Assembly (NCBI GenBank): GCA_013265495.1
Contig: MU058213.1
Coordinates: 6,588,066 to 6,652,065, forward strand
Length of the DNA stretch: 64,000 bases
Origin: Vicugna vicugna
Lineage: Eukaryota
Direction of reading: 5' to 3'
Positions 12,464-25,645 of this stretch are shown here, one piece after another. A program made the translations under genes and the position numbers. Each line of letters opens with the position of its first letter. The stretch's first letter is position 1. The notes beneath the pieces are model-generated. The model was given only the letters and a program-made list of their open reading frames with translations. It did not search any database and had not been told where the DNA came from.

Positions 12464-12990
12464 TATGTTAGTTATCTATTGCTGTGTAAAAATTGCCCCC
12501 AAATTTAGTGGCTTAAAAAGCCAAGAGAACCCACATTTATTATTGTACACGATTTCCATCAGTCAGGAATTTAGCAGCATCTAAGCTAAGTGGTTCTGGC
12601 TCAAGGTCTCTCCTGAGGTTGTAGTCAAGATATTGGCCAAGGCTGCAGTCATCTGAAGGTTTGAGTGGCTTCCAAGATGGCGCATTTATACAACCGGCAA
12701 GTTCACGTTGACTGTTAGCAGGAAGCCTCAGTTCCTCCCTGGAAGGACCTTTCCATAGGGCTGCTTGAGTATTCCTACAACATGGCACTCTCCCCCAGAA
12801 CAAGTGATCGAGGCGGAAGTCTCAACAATTGTATAATCTCTTCTTCTAAGACACATCCCTCAGCGCCTCCCCATTCTGTTTGTCAGAAAGGGGTCATTAA
12901 GTCCTAGCTAAGGGGAGAAAATTTAGGTTCCTCTTTCTGAAAATTCTTTGAATGTCAAAGAATTTGTGGATGTATATTTAAACCACCATG
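12464..12990 (-). mobile_element. MaLR solo LTR (MLT1F-like)
   Basis: 'ttagttatctattgctgtgtaa...aaatttagtggcttaaa...ggctgcagtcatctgaagg...tgtcaaagaatttgtgga...aaaccacca'. Confidence 0.85.
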
Positions 12991-14479
12991 TATAGTGACA
13001 ACAGAAGTCCTCCAATGTGGGCCAGGATGCCATCAGGCTGGTCGATATGGCAGTGGGGACTGGCAGGTGTTTTCTCTTCTGAGTACTTCTGTGCTTTTAC
13101 TGAAATAGGATGCAAGCCCATCAGCCAAGGGTGGGCATGCGGAGAAGGTCTTGGAAGGTCTTGAGGGCTAGAATGCAGAATACAGGGAACATCTGGTGAG
13201 GAGATCAGAGAGTGAATGGACTGGTAGGACTTCCAGTTGAACTAAGGGCTCCCTTGAGGGGAGATGTCATGAACTTAGAGTGCAGCCAATCAGCAGTTTG
13301 GGTATTTTTTTCCCATCCAGGTTCACCTGAGAGTGAAAAACCCAGACCTCCATGAAGTGAGACAATGGTTCTTCTCTTTTTTCTTTAAGTGTTAACACAA
13401 ACTCACTTCTTTTAAAAAAGTACCTATTTGTATTCACATTGGAAGGGTGTTTTGTGTTTCTCCACCATTTGTCCCATTCAGTCAAGTTTTCCAAAAATTA
13501 ACTGAATGCAGGATTTCTCCTCCCTTTTCATTTAACATGAGCAAAAGTGGGTAGATGTGAATCAGAGCCTCCCTGTGCTCAGAGCTGGTCAGGCCCGACA
13601 GGGAGCGCTGCTTTCAGCATGGATGCAGCATTTTAAGAGAGTTTAAGTTTATACTTGATAAACTGGAAAGGATCAAGAAGAAAGCGGCCAGCATGGCAAG
13701 GAACTGTCTCATCACGGGGAAATGACAGAAGGCACTCAGATGTCTCTGCAGAGACTCGGTCACTGTCTTCAAACATCCCGGTGTGCAGGGTTAGCTGCTT
13801 CTGGCTGTGGAGCAGTTTCTCAAGGATGTACCACTCAGGAGGGGTGCTCAGGGGTGACTGTTCTGGGACTGGGTGCTCACCCTGGGATGATGGACAGAAG
13901 GTTTTCATTTGACATATATCAAAAATTGCTTTTCTGAGAGTATCAGGCCACTCCACCCAGCTGGATATAAATCAGCTCCCTCCCTTACAGGATAGATTGT
14001 GGGGTGGGGGTGGTGGTAGGATGAAGCCCAACTCAAGGAACGCTGGCTAAACTGGCACGGAGAACACGACAATAACACCCCTCAGCTTCCTGTTTAAATG
14101 CTGCCTTTACTTGCAAACCTCGCTTATTTGCAATTTGGCAAAGGAAGTGGCTGCATTATGCTGTCGGGGCCCAAAGTGGAACTGATGGCAGAAGTCCCAG
14201 CAGGACACATTTCTGTTCATGTGAGGGAAATGTCTCAGTAGGCAGAAGTCCCTAAACATGAAAAGGATTCCTTGCAAGTGGTGGGTGAGCTCCCACTTTG
14301 GGCAAAGTTGAAGCATCTTCCTTCAAAAGAAAAACCCATACCAGGTGGGAGGTCGGATGAGCAGATTTCCAAAGCCTCCTCCAACTCTCCAATTCTGTAA
14401 TCCAGTCACCTGGGGTCTTTTCAGTGAACAAATATTTATTGAGCACTTACAGTGTGACACACATCAAGTACTGAACGCC

Positions 14480-15022
14480 TCTTGTACATCACTTCAGGTC
14501 TTCTCAGACTCGCCTCTTGTGCCAGCCACAGCTGTGGTCCCCAGTCCTCTGCAGACTTCAACCAGCTCTGCACAGAGGCAGTCTGGCCAGACTTCACTGC
14601 GGGCCTGCATCATGGGCCTCCTGCTTCCTGCATCTGTTTCTCTGAAGCTGTGTCACTGGATGCCCGGGAGAATGCACCTGTAACTCATGCCTGTATAATC
14701 TGGAATGGTGGGGGAGCTGAAGTTTGGTGGGGCAACCCTTGACCAGTGGGAGGTGAGACTGATGGATGAATGCTTCTCCTTTTCTTTCTCTGAGTGGAAG
14801 GGCTGAGATACACTTTATAAGGCTCCTCAGAAGGTCACGCAGTATCCACCTGGTACCTGTAGCAATGGTCCACTTGATAATGCAACCTGTCCTGGCTCTC
14901 CCTCCTTTCCTATTCACTCTCCCCATCCTTTACTCTCGCCCACTGGCATCACACCTGCAAATAACTCTTTGCACATATCCTTGGTCTTAAGCTCTCCTTT
15001 TGGAGAAACTCAGGTTAACATC
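14480..15022 (+). mobile_element. ERVL solo LTR (LTR16-like) inserted in an L2 3' end (L2 remnants about 14420-14470 and 15045-15100)
   Basis: 'ggggcaacccttgaccagtgggag', 'caaataactctttgcac...agctctccttttggagaaactcaggttaacatca'. Confidence 0.7.
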
Positions 15023-15579
15023 AACTATAACTGGTGATAGTAGTATTGTACTGATCCAAACAAATGTGGCCCCTGCCTTCGTAGGGCTTATAGTCTTATG
15101 GCTCATGTTATTATAAAAGTCTTTATTTCTATTTCATCAATGAGGAAAAAGGGAAACATACATATTTAGTTATTGCATACTCCTGGGGTATTAAATATTT
15201 ATGTAGGCCTTCAGAGACACATCTACTTGGTTGGAACTTTACATTATAAACTAGCATTGCCATTTACAGTTCATTGTCAAAGACCCCGAGTCACAGAGAA
15301 GTGAACCAACTTGCAGTTGAAGTCTCTATTCATTTGGTATGCAATACAGAAGAAATGTGCTTTCTAGAGTCCTTTTCAGCTCAAAGAGTTTGCAGTGAGA
15401 TCTGTGAGTTGTTTTAAATTCTTTATATACTTTTTTGGAGGGGTATTTTCCTAAATGCTGTTAGTTGTTAAGCTGTTATTTTGAAAGGTTTTCTTTGGCA
15501 TTAAATGGAAGGTTATGGAGGTTTTCATAAAATGTGGTATTTTTATAATTTGGTTTTTTTTGATACCTTATATATTCAC

Positions 15580-16215
15580 AATTCAAACCTCTCTCTCTTG
15601 CCCTCCATCCTCGCCAGTTCACCCATGAGGTAACTGGTCATTAGCTTCTTATTTATTCTTCCAGGTAATTTTTATGCACATGCAACTCAATACACATGCA
15701 CATCTTTTTCTTCCTGTTTTGATTTTATTTAAAAAATAGTAGTATACCATATATATTTCATGTATCTTGATTCTTTCTTTTATTTTTTATTTTTAAATTA
15801 ACTGCTTTTATTATTTATTTATTATTTTAAAAAATTTATTTATTTTTTTAATGGAGGTACTAGAGATTGAACCGAGGACCCTGTGTATTCCAAGCATGCA
15901 CTCTACCACTGGGCTATACCCACCTCCCTGATCCCTTCTTTTAGTATATATTTGAGATATTTCCATTTCAACATATAAATAAATTAATCATTCATTTTTA
16001 TAGCAGCAGAGTATTCCATTGTACATATACTACAACGAGAAATCTATGGAAAGGCTGCATTCATGTAGGCAAGTACCTGTAGGATACATTTCCTAGAAGA
16101 GTAAACGCTGCATCAAAGGACATATGCATTTGTAGTTTTGATAGACATCAATATATTGCTCTCTATCAGCCTTGTAACAATTCATGCTCCCACCAGCAAT
16201 GTTCAGAGTGCCTGC
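15580..16215 (-). mobile_element. Old L1ME-like 3' fragment interrupted by a SINE
   Basis: 'gtattccattgta', 'tatgcatttgtagttttgatagac', 'caattcatgctcccaccagcaatg'. Confidence 0.65.
15782..15928 (-). mobile_element. tRNA-Ala-derived SINE (vic-1-like)
   Basis: SINE head and A-rich tail; TSD tgattctttctttt (15768-15781) / tgatcccttctttt (15929-15942). Confidence 0.9.
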
Positions 16216-17084
16216 TAGGCAGCGAAATGATTTTTTTTTTTTTTTTTACTATTTAAAAATTAACAAGTGACTTTGATGGTTTCAAAGGAGGTTAAACAAG
16301 TGAATCAAATCAGCCTTTATCTATTGTAAAACATATTTTTAAGAAGGAGAAATTGCAATCAATATTACCCTCAAACAGAAGTCTATGGAAAAGATTTTAT
16401 GATTTGAACCTTGAGGTTCAATTTTTATTGCCATCACCCCTGAAGTAGGAGGTTTCTCCTCCTAAGACTCAGGCTTCTGACACCTATCTTCTCTTCCTTT
16501 GTGGATCAATTAAATCAGATTCTCAGCGCCTTCGTTGCTAGGAAGGGAGGTTCTCTCTGTTACGTGTCAGGGTGGGCTGCAATTCAACTAGCTCCCTTGT
16601 CATCACATGCAACAAACCCCTCTCTCCCTCTTTCAGAACTCTCCCTGAACAAATCCGTTTCTCCTGGGACTTACTCTCCACCTGGAAACATTGCTACCAG
16701 CTGCTACTTTCTTTGCCAATTCCTTTTCATTGATTTCCCTCTCACAGTTGGTAGACTCTTGAAGTTGCTTTAATATCATTCCCTATTTCTCCAAAGAGTT
16801 CTAAACCCTTGCTTAGTTCATATTTGAGGTTGACTTTTGCAAGATGACCCAGCAGTTTTTGCTTAAATGACTGTGTAATCAACAAATCCTATTTATGGGG
16901 GATGATTCTTTCCCCAACCTGGAGTAACATACATGCGTGTTGCAAAGGGGGCTCCCTCCAAGGCATTATGGGCTTGTGGGCGGTCAGTACCCAAGGAAAG
17001 GAGCCCCACGGAGGTAACTGAGTGGTTGGCCTTTTGGCCTTTGGAATATGCCAGTAGTGGCTGCTACTTTTATAGAGCAGTGGC

Positions 17085-17250
17085 CATTTGCCAGTCACTT
17101 TACTGTCATTAGCTCATTTAACCCTGATAAACTCACAGAGGAGGTACTGTGATTAATCCTGTTTAACAGATGAGGAATTTGAGGCACAGAGAGTTTAAGT
17201 TACTTACCCAAGGTCACACAGCTCGCAAGAGCCCAGAAGCAAAACCTGGT
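17085..17250 (-). mobile_element. MIR SINE
   Basis: 'aacagatgaggaatttgaggcacagagagtttaagttacttacccaaggtcacacagct'. Confidence 0.85.
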
Positions 17251-17822
17251 CCCAACCCACCTCTGGGGATTTAAGGGGAGACTTTGAACATGAAGAGAGA
17301 CATAGCTGAAGCTTCCTACCCAGACTTACTTCTTGACATTTGGTTAAAAAAAAAATAACCCTCGATTTTCTCTTCCCTTTTCTTTAAATAACAATCATAC
17401 TGTTTTCTGTAGTGGAAAAGACCAAGCCCTCGCCTTGATTGATGCTCAACTTTCTCTTTTGCATCCTCGTCCCTACATCTCACAGGTGCCGTCACAAAAG
17501 CTGTTTCCAAACATGTGAGGAGATCATAAAAGATGCACTGAAACTTGAAGGGAGAGAATCTTACCTTTGAGACACACATTGCTGGATTCGACAAATGTTT
17601 ACTGCTCTCTAGCCCCACGCCAGATAGATGAAGATGTGAGTCCTTGCTTTACGGATTTCAAAAACCCTCCTGGGGCCAGGTGGAGTTACTCATAGAAGCG
17701 ATTATGGCAGAAGGCACAATGAAAGTAAGTTTACATCCTGCAAATCTCTCTTCATCACGCTGTATTGTCTCTCTCACATGAAGAATTCCATAGGCAACCT
17801 TACGCAAAGCAAGACTTCTCCC

Positions 17823-17997
17823 TTTCTTACGTTGGCTTTTAAAAATTAACTATTTTAAATTAATTATTAATTAATTTGGGGGGATAATTAGGTTTTAAAA
17901 ATTATATGTTTATTTATTTTAATGAAGGTACTGGGGATTGAGCCAGGACCTCAGCATGCTAAGCATACACTCTACCACTGAGCTATACCCTCCCTCC
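17823..17997 (-). mobile_element. tRNA-Ala-derived SINE (vic-1-like)
   Basis: SINE head and tail; TSD aagacttctcc (from 17811) / aagatttctcc (from 17998). Confidence 0.9.
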
Positions 17998-19439
17998 AAG
18001 ATTTCTCCTTAAACAGAAGAACTTGTAAAGAAAGTTGGGTTCCAAATTATTTGCTAGTGGATTCTTTGCAGCTTTGACTGGATTTACTTCTCTTTAGTAA
18101 ATAAGGGTGAGATGCAGAAAGATGGATGAAGGACGCCAACCAGAGCATGTGGCCTTCTCGACTATCTTTTAAAAAGTAAAGCTCTGAAGGGAAAATTATG
18201 CAGGTAAAAGATGATAAAGGTGTCCTATCAAGGAATAAAACTCATCTCCACCAAGCAGTCCTGCTACTGTATTAGAAGTTGGTTCTATAAGCCATAAACT
18301 CCATGCCTCCATGATTAAAATAAACGAAATAAACAAAAACCTGGGCAATCTGATGACCACTTTAAAAAAATATATCCTGAGATAAGCAGAAAAGATGGGT
18401 GAGAAAGGAGGTTACCAGATGATGCCCCCGAACTCTGAGTCATCCTGTCAATTAGGTGATGACTACATAAGACCAAGGATGAGTATGCAAAAACTGAGTG
18501 TGATCCAGCCAGACGCTCCACAAGGAAAGGTCCAAACCCAAATGTCGTGGATTAATCTGAATTTAAATTTTAAATAGTTTATTTAGAGGTTTCCAACAGC
18601 TAAGTTTAATCAACCAGAGAAAGCCCTTAAGGGTCTATCTCATACATTGCTGCAGTGTCTTTGAAAACCTCTAGGAACACATTCTTTTTTCCATCTGCAG
18701 CTTAGGTAGCCTGTGCTGTCAGCAGAAACCCCAAGATGGCATTCTTGCCTTATTTTTCTAAATGGTCCCTTTGGCTCAAAAACCAAACCAAACCTTCTGA
18801 AATGCTCACAAGGTTGGGCGACTTGATTTGGGGGGAGAGAGGGAGAAAGTGACATTCTTTCTATTATTTAATAATCAGGCTTTTCTAATCAGGTGGAAAA
18901 GGCAGTTGCTTCCTGGTGTGCTGGAGAAAAAGGTCCCTGCTCAGGACAGTTTCTGCCCGCTGGTCAGCTGTGCTGTGGGATCTTGAGACCCTCTTTCCAT
19001 GATTTACCAGTGAGGCTATAGGAGGCCCCCTGGTTGAGAGCTAGACACAGCGGCGCAGTAAGACAAAGCAGCCACAGATAAGGCAACTGGGTGTGTTGTC
19101 GATCTAGCAGGGCCCTGGAGGAAGAGGGCATAGGAAAGGTAGACTTTGGCTAACCCAGAGCTTGAGGGGGAAATCTACTTGCTTTCAGTTCCATTTTCCA
19201 GTTTAGAGTCTCTGTTCACCCACTATCGTGTTTTAATCTTTCTAAGAATCCTGCACGTCGTAGCAGTATCACTGCGCCCTTCATCTACAAGGTGGAAGGC
19301 CGGTTAGGCCATCGGGATGATGCTGGAGGGTCAGAATCAAAGTCACCTCTTCCCTCCTGTATGCATGTGGCCTCCTTCCTGGCGAGCAGCTGCTTCCCAC
19401 TGATAAACATACTCAAACCTCTGCCATCACCTGCTCTGT

Positions 19440-20738
19440 TGTTAAATCCAGCCTGCATGTTTCAGTCTCACTTCTCTCAGTCTCTCAGCAGAAATGGACA
19501 CTATTGATCATTCTCTTCTTAAACACTTTCCCCCTTAATTCAGAGATATTACACTTTCCCGGTTTTCCTCTTAGCGTCTGGCTTTCCCATTTCAAGTCTC
19601 CTATGCCGGCTCATTGGCCTCTACCCAGGCATCACACAGAGAACTCCTCCTGCTCATGCCTAGTTCTTCTGTTCTATCCCCCGTACCTCACTCCATATGT
19701 CTCTATTGTGTTAATTACTAGTGACATGCAAATCTCAGTCTCCAGCTCAGACCTCATCTCTGCGTTCCAGACGTACCTACCCAACATCTCCACCTGGCGA
19801 TCTCAACGGCAGTTCGTATTCAGCATGTGCAATGCCCGAACTCAAACCAGGTCCTTTGGTGCTTTCTAACTGCATAGTGCTGGCACCTGAAATGTTGTTT
19901 CAGACAGACACCTCAGACTCATCCGTGACCCTTTTCCTTTCCTCTCCCTCTGTAGTCAGTCCATCACCAAACCTTGTCAATACTATCTAATTATCTCTCA
20001 CATTTGTCCAATTTTCATCTTTGCCACTGCTGCTACACTAAATCTAAGCCATCACCGCCTCTTGTCCAGACTTCCCACTCTTGTTGCTGTACCACTCTGC
20101 TCTCTTTCTCTTTTTTTTCACTGTTTGGGGTTGTTGTTCTTTTTTGTTTCTGCTTTCTTATTAATCACCACACTGAAGTTCGAGTAATTTTTTTCACAGC
20201 ATGAATCTGATCTATCACTTGTTTAATGTCTATCACTTATTTAAAACGTGTCAGAGGCTCTCGACTGCCCCTGTGATGAGGACCAACATCCCGAGCATGT
20301 TTTATAAGGTCCTGTATGGTTTGGGTCCTGCCAACCTTTAGAGCCTCCTATTCAACTTCAGTCCCCGTCTCCCCACCTCAGCTTGTTCTGTGGGTTTCAA
20401 CTCTATTCATTCTTTCTCGGTTCTAGGTCCCCATTCGTGCCTTCTCATCTATCAGATCTCAGATCAAGGGTCGTCTTCTCAAGCAAGACTCCCCTGACCT
20501 TCCCCTCTCTCCCACTCTAAGTCAAGTTCCTCTGGAATTATCCCCTTTCAAAGAATGGGCACCCGTCTTCAAAGTGCTTATCTGAGTTGGTCACTCTGCA
20601 TTCCCCGAAACGATTATTTGATTAATGTGTATCTTCCTATTGTTCTAGGCTTGGTTTTTCCTTACTATTCAATTCTAACTACAAACTCAGGGCTTGGCAT
20701 ATAGTAGGTACCCAGTTGTTAAACGACTGAATAATGAG
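19440..20738 (+). mobile_element. L2 LINE 3' portion
   Basis: 'tctccagctcagacctc', 'acatctccacctgg', ending in the L2 tail 'ggcttggcatatagtaggtacccag...gactgaataatga'. Confidence 0.8.
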
Positions 20739-22239
20739 AAAGGACTAGCAAGATCAATACCTATTTCACTATTTTCCCTAATTCAAGTCGTGTTGTAGAT
20801 TTTGAGAGATAACTAGTATTATCTATTTCATACTTCAGGGGTCTTAAAGAATAACTTTCAATTTGGTTACTTTTTAATATCATCAAACAAGTCCCATAGT
20901 TTTTTTTTTAATGTAAAAAACAAGGTAATATGACCCTAAAAGCAAGTATCTGTTTATAGGAACTCATAGTTCTTTTAAGTAAACATCCAGATATATTCCA
21001 TAAGTTATCAGCTTGGGCTTTTGTCGTCAGGAAAAGGCAAAAGCTCTTGTGGGAGAAGAATTTCCTTACCCAAACCAGAGGAGAGTTGACTCAATGCTAG
21101 CTGCTGAGAGGAGTCATGAAAATTTCCCCGTTAAAGTGTAACTGCTAGAAAGTTGACTGAGAAGAAGGAAACTGAATCTTAGTAGGAAAATAGTCAGGTC
21201 AGATGGGGCTGAAAGTATTTGAGATTTCTCTCTCTCAGAAAAGTATCATGATGATCAAAATTTAAATGTTATAAACATACTATATAAATATATAACCTAT
21301 AGATTCCCTAGGGCCAATATTAAAAAAAAACTTTCAAACTTAAAGAAGCTAAAATTGGTAAGCATATCCTTCAAGCCAAATTTAATAATTGTTAAATCAA
21401 ATATTTGCACTTGAAAATGACATGATTCCCCTGAAAACACATAACCTAAACGAATAGTTAAGGAAATGACATTTTAGGGGACTGTAATTTTTATTACAAG
21501 CTTCCACATTGTGCGTTTTCCAAAAGTACCTTATAGTTACGTTTATATACTCTGGCTTGCTGGGGCCATGCCATTTAATCTGATCAAACTACTTGTTAGA
21601 AGTTGGATGTTTTAAAGAATTTATCATTTTGGTTGAATCCAGCAACAATTATTTCCTAAGCTGATCTTTTTGTGTAGAAATTCAACTGATGCTTCTAAAG
21701 CCCCAGAGAATATATAGAAAAATTAATACCTAATTATAAACACAGAAACTCATGATGGATAATTTATCTTTTGCATTTATCTATTATGTTTAGTCATCAA
21801 TGTACTCAAAGAAAACTAAAAATAAGTATTATCTTTATTTCTTAAATATTATGCAGCTCTAACTTTTGATTCCTCTTTAAGACAAGTTGAGGACAAATAA
21901 AAAATCTGAGAGATGTGTTTTAAAAGATAGAATTTTTTTCCTTCCATCTAATTTAGGATCTTTGGGATAAACAAGATACTTTACATACACTGCTAGAAAT
22001 AATTGATAGTTCAAGCTTCTGTGTGTTGTACTTGTTAAAATATTTGCATTCAAAAGCAAAGTCAGAGCTGTAGCTCAAGGCTATATGTATATCTTTCCTA
22101 AGGAACATAAGATGTAAATAGCATTTGAATTGTAATTGTTCTGAATTCATACATTTAAAGATACAAACCTGCATTTTTAAAAAGAGGATACTGTCTCCTT
22201 GATTCAAGCTTTTTAACTGAGGGTGTATGTGTCACACAG

Positions 22240-22980
22240 TGTGGCATGGACTGGATATGAAAGAAGGGTTGAGTGCCTGTCCTTAAGAAGCTTGGCATCT
22301 AGTGAGAGGACACTGACTGTAATCAGGTAATTGCAATCAGTATAACAAGTACTGCAGTTGTGGTCACTCCTGGATTCTGGGAGCAAGTAGGATGAACTCT
22401 ATGCTGGTTATTAGGGATATTTGCTAAGATTCCGGGTCTTGCCTGGGTACAAGACAGGACTGCACTTCTTCACCTCTTTAAAGTTAGGCCCGACTTGTTT
22501 TGGCTAATGAAACATGGGTGGAAGTAACACAAGTCCGATCTGGGTGGAAAGCCTTTTTCCTTCACGGTGACGGACAGTACTCCGTACGGAAGACTCCATT
22601 GAGCTGGGATCCCAAGGAAGGATGACATGAAGCAGAGGTTTCATGAAGTTAACCTCAATGGACACATAGCATGTGTCAGAAGCAAATGTTGATTTTGTAT
22701 TAAGCCACTGACGTTTGGAGATGGTTATTACTGCAGCACAGCCTAACCTATACAAACAACCACATGTTTTACTACAGTCTTGGAAAATTAGAGAAGTTTC
22801 CCAGTGTGCATGAAGCTAAGCTGAGACCTGAAGGATAAATAAGATTTGTCCAGGTAAAGAACTGAAGGGAACAGTGTTCCAGAGGTAAAGTACACGCAAA
22901 GGCTTGGAGCAGGGTGAGAATTCAGCATGTTTGGGAAGAGGATTTTTTTTAAATACTACTGGAATGTAGCAGTCCAACAG
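22240..22980 (-). mobile_element. L2 fragment split by an MLT1 LTR
   Basis: 'cctgtccttaagaagcttggcatctagtg' and 'aagctgagacctgaaggataaataag...gggaacagtgttccag'. Confidence 0.6.
22402..22755 (+). mobile_element. MaLR solo LTR (MLT1I/J-like)
   Basis: 'tttggctaatgaaacatgggtggaagtaac' and the end 'ttaagccactgacgtttggagatggttattactgcagcacagcctaacctata'. Confidence 0.75.
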
Positions 22981-23523
22981 AGATACTGGAGATTATTCTG
23001 AGTAGGGCTAATAGTAATTGCTAATCAAGGATAAGATTTCGAAAGGATTTCTGAACAGGTCATTTGAACTCTTGGATACAGAAGAGAGAAATGAAGAATC
23101 AATTTACTGTGGAGCAAAATAATGGTAATTGTCCTTAATGGGAAAATTCACCTTCAAAGCACAGAGTAGCTCCTCTCTTTCAGGAAGGGGTATTTATTCC
23201 TTACTCACTTATATCCATGACTAAGTTTGTGTTTTCTTCTTTAAATAGAGACGCAACTGAATTTTTCATCTTTCTCAAGTCTGTTATGTTTAGGCCTTTT
23301 CATGTCTACTAGACTGTAAGCTCCTTGAAGGCAGGGTCTACGTCATTTACATTTTTACACATTGTAGGTACTCAAAAAATTCCTATTCGGACAGCTGCCA
23401 TGCCTTCATTTTAGGACTCTAAAAGCAGATCACAACCTTGGCTAATTTGTAAATGGCTGCCTTAAAATGGGTATAAATCTCTGTGCACAGGTGAGGATAT
23501 ATCCATTTAAAAATGACCCAGAA

Positions 23524-24113
23524 GAAAACTATAATTCAAAAAGACACATGCACCCCAGTGTTCACAGCAGCACTATTTACAACAGCCAAGACATAGAAAC
23601 AGCCTCAGTGTCCACCAACAGAGGACTGGATAAAGAAGATGTGGTGTATACATATACAATGGAATACTACTCAGCCATAAAAAGAATGAAATAATGCTAC
23701 TTGCAGCAACATGGATGGACCTAGAGATTTTCATACTAAGTGCAGTCAGTCATACAGACAAAGACAAATATCATATGATATCACTTATACGCACAATCTA
23801 AAAAAGATACAAATTCTATTTTCAAACCAAAAATAGACTCATGGACATAGAAAACACTACGGTTATCAAAGGGGAAAGGGGGGCATAAATTAAGAGTTTG
23901 GGATTAACATATACACACTACTATGCATAAAATAGATTAAACAAAAGGACCTACTATATAGCACAGGGAACTATATTCAGTTTTTTATAACATATAACAA
24001 AAAAGAATCTGAAAAAAAATACATATGTATATGTATAGCTGAATTGCATTGCTTTACACCTGAAACTAACATTGTCAATCAACTATACTTCAATAAAAAA
24101 TAAAATAAAATAA
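23524..24113 (+). mobile_element. 5'-truncated lineage L1 (ORF2 C-terminus, 3'UTR, A-rich tail)
   Basis: 'aaagacacatgcaccccagtgttcacagcagcactatttac...caactatacttcaataaaaaataaaataaaa'; TSD-like gacccagaa / gatccagaa. Confidence 0.9.
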
Positions 24114-24119
24114 AGATCC

Positions 24120-24735
24120 AGAAATATGGTGAGGAATTTGCTGCCCAAGACCTAGATTCCAAGTCCATCACTTCCTGGTTATGAGCCCTTGGGTTTAACT
24201 TTCAAAGTCTTGGTTTCCCAACTTGTGAACTGCATGGAAAGCTGGCTCTGCTCACCTCTGACTAGGGGACCCAAGTGGTTAACCCTGAGAATTTTAGAGT
24301 GTTGTTCAAATACGATGTGATATTCATGTCACTGCTGTTAGCAGCACAAATCTTGGGTCATTAGAGGAAGTGGGTATAATGTGAAGCCTGTGCAGTTGAC
24401 TAGACCTGGGTTTGAATTCTTCATCACTTAATAGTTGCATAATCTTGGTCAAATAATAGAATCTCAGCGTTATCACCAATTTCCCACAGATTTAAACTGA
24501 AATGTATTTCTTATACAAACATTATTAGAGAAGGATACTAGAAGGATGGCGTACTAGAAGGCCACTGAGCTTCAAAGCCACAAAGGTAGAATCTCAACCC
24601 CACCTCCACCACTTATTACAAATGTGACCTTGAATGGGTTATTTCTTAGAGCCTCAATGTCCAGATCATCATAATGGGGATGGTATTACCCAGTTTCCTA
24701 AGGTTAAGATGGTCTGAAGTAGAAAGTGCTGCCTT
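24120..24735 (+). mobile_element. Cluster of degenerate MIR fragments
   Basis: 'agacctagattcc', 'agacctgggtttgaattc', 'tgtgaccttgaatgggttatttc...gcctcaatgtcc...aatggggatggta'. Confidence 0.6.
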
Positions 24736-25344
24736 ATTATGCCTTTGTGATGTCTGTGCCTGTTTACCCAGAGTAAATTCTTGCCTACAAATTCTGAATC
24801 CAAGCTATTCATGGAAAAGGCTCAGTAACACTCAACTACTATTAAAGGGGCACCTTCTCTATCCAGACACAGAGAAAATGACTAAATAAACTTAAACCTA
24901 AACCCCAGGTCAATCTGTGACTCACCAGACTAGACAAGATAATTGTTTACCTGGATGTTTCCCAGGGAGCTCCCAAGACCCCACATTTCCTCATCTTACT
25001 TTTCTCTTTCCTTTCCACGGGATGGCAGTGACTTGTTTTCCCCAGGGTTGTACAAAGAGATTCAGGAGAACCATAAGAGGTAAGGACATTCCAGTGAGGA
25101 CCACTGCACGGGCAAGACACATTTTGTCTGTTTTCTTAAGCATACAATCTTGGCCCAATAAATCTGTTCACCGTGGCCATTGTTGTGGTCCACCCAGCTG
25201 GTTGCTGGATTAACTCTCGAGCAGGTGGCTGAGTGAGGCCTCTGGAGAGAAGCGGGTTCACCAGTAGTCATGCCTCCCCTCAGGCACAACCTCTGAGGTC
25301 TGTTCCTGATGGAACAGCATAAGTGGGCCGTTTGCTAGACACCT

Positions 25345-25645
25345 GCTCTAACCGGGAGTTTGGTTTGCGCACGTGCAGGATCAACCTCTTCAGGGATCCT
25401 GTTAGAAATATAGACTCTCAGGCCCCACCCCAGACCTACTGAGCCAGAGCTGCATTTTTTTTGTGGGGCAAGGAGGTAACTCAGTTTATTTATTTAATTA
25501 CTTTCTAATGGAGGCACTGGGGATAGAACCCAGGACCTCGTGTGTGCTAAGCATGCGCTCTACCACTGAGCTATACCCTCCCCTTCTCAGATCTGCATTT
25601 TTAATGAGATTTATGCACACATCGGAGTAAGTGAAGAACTTGGAC
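25345..25645. mobile_element. MER5A-like hAT MITE interrupted by a SINE
   Basis: 'tgttagaaatatagactctcaggccccaccccagacctactgagccagagctgcattt'. Confidence 0.7.
25460..25583 (-). mobile_element. tRNA-Ala-derived SINE (vic-1-like)
   Basis: Head GGGGAGGGTATAGCTCAGTGGTAGAGCGCATGCTTAGCACACACGAGGTCCTGGGTTCTATCCCCAGTGCCTCCA; TSD cagagctgcattttt (from 25445) / cagatctgcattttt (from 25588). Confidence 0.92.

Larger units (their letters stand above)
11470..13330 (-). mobile_element. Long L2 fragment split by two SINEs and an MLT1 LTR
   Basis: L2 antisense motifs 'ccaaggactgagccctgg', 'gagagctttgtcagtggagtggagggg'; resumes at about 12270-12460 and 12991-13330. Confidence 0.65.

Noticed and set aside
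17486..17570. Possible plus-strand terminal exon (acceptor 'ctcacag', peptide CRHKSCFQTCEEIIKDALKLEGRESYL*)
   Set aside because: Peptide not recognised, no partner exons or supporting polyA context; compatible with chance
25509..25583. tRNA-Ala(AGC)-like gene, and similar sequences at 12057-12132, 12188-12263, 15852-15928 and 17925-17997
   Set aside because: Each has an extended 5' end, mutated stems or T-loop, an A-rich tail and flanking direct repeats; these are tRNA-derived SINEs, not tRNA genes
11977..25583. All five SINEs on the minus strand as evidence for host-gene direction
   Set aside because: Too few copies, two are not independent, and L1/LTR orientations are mixed
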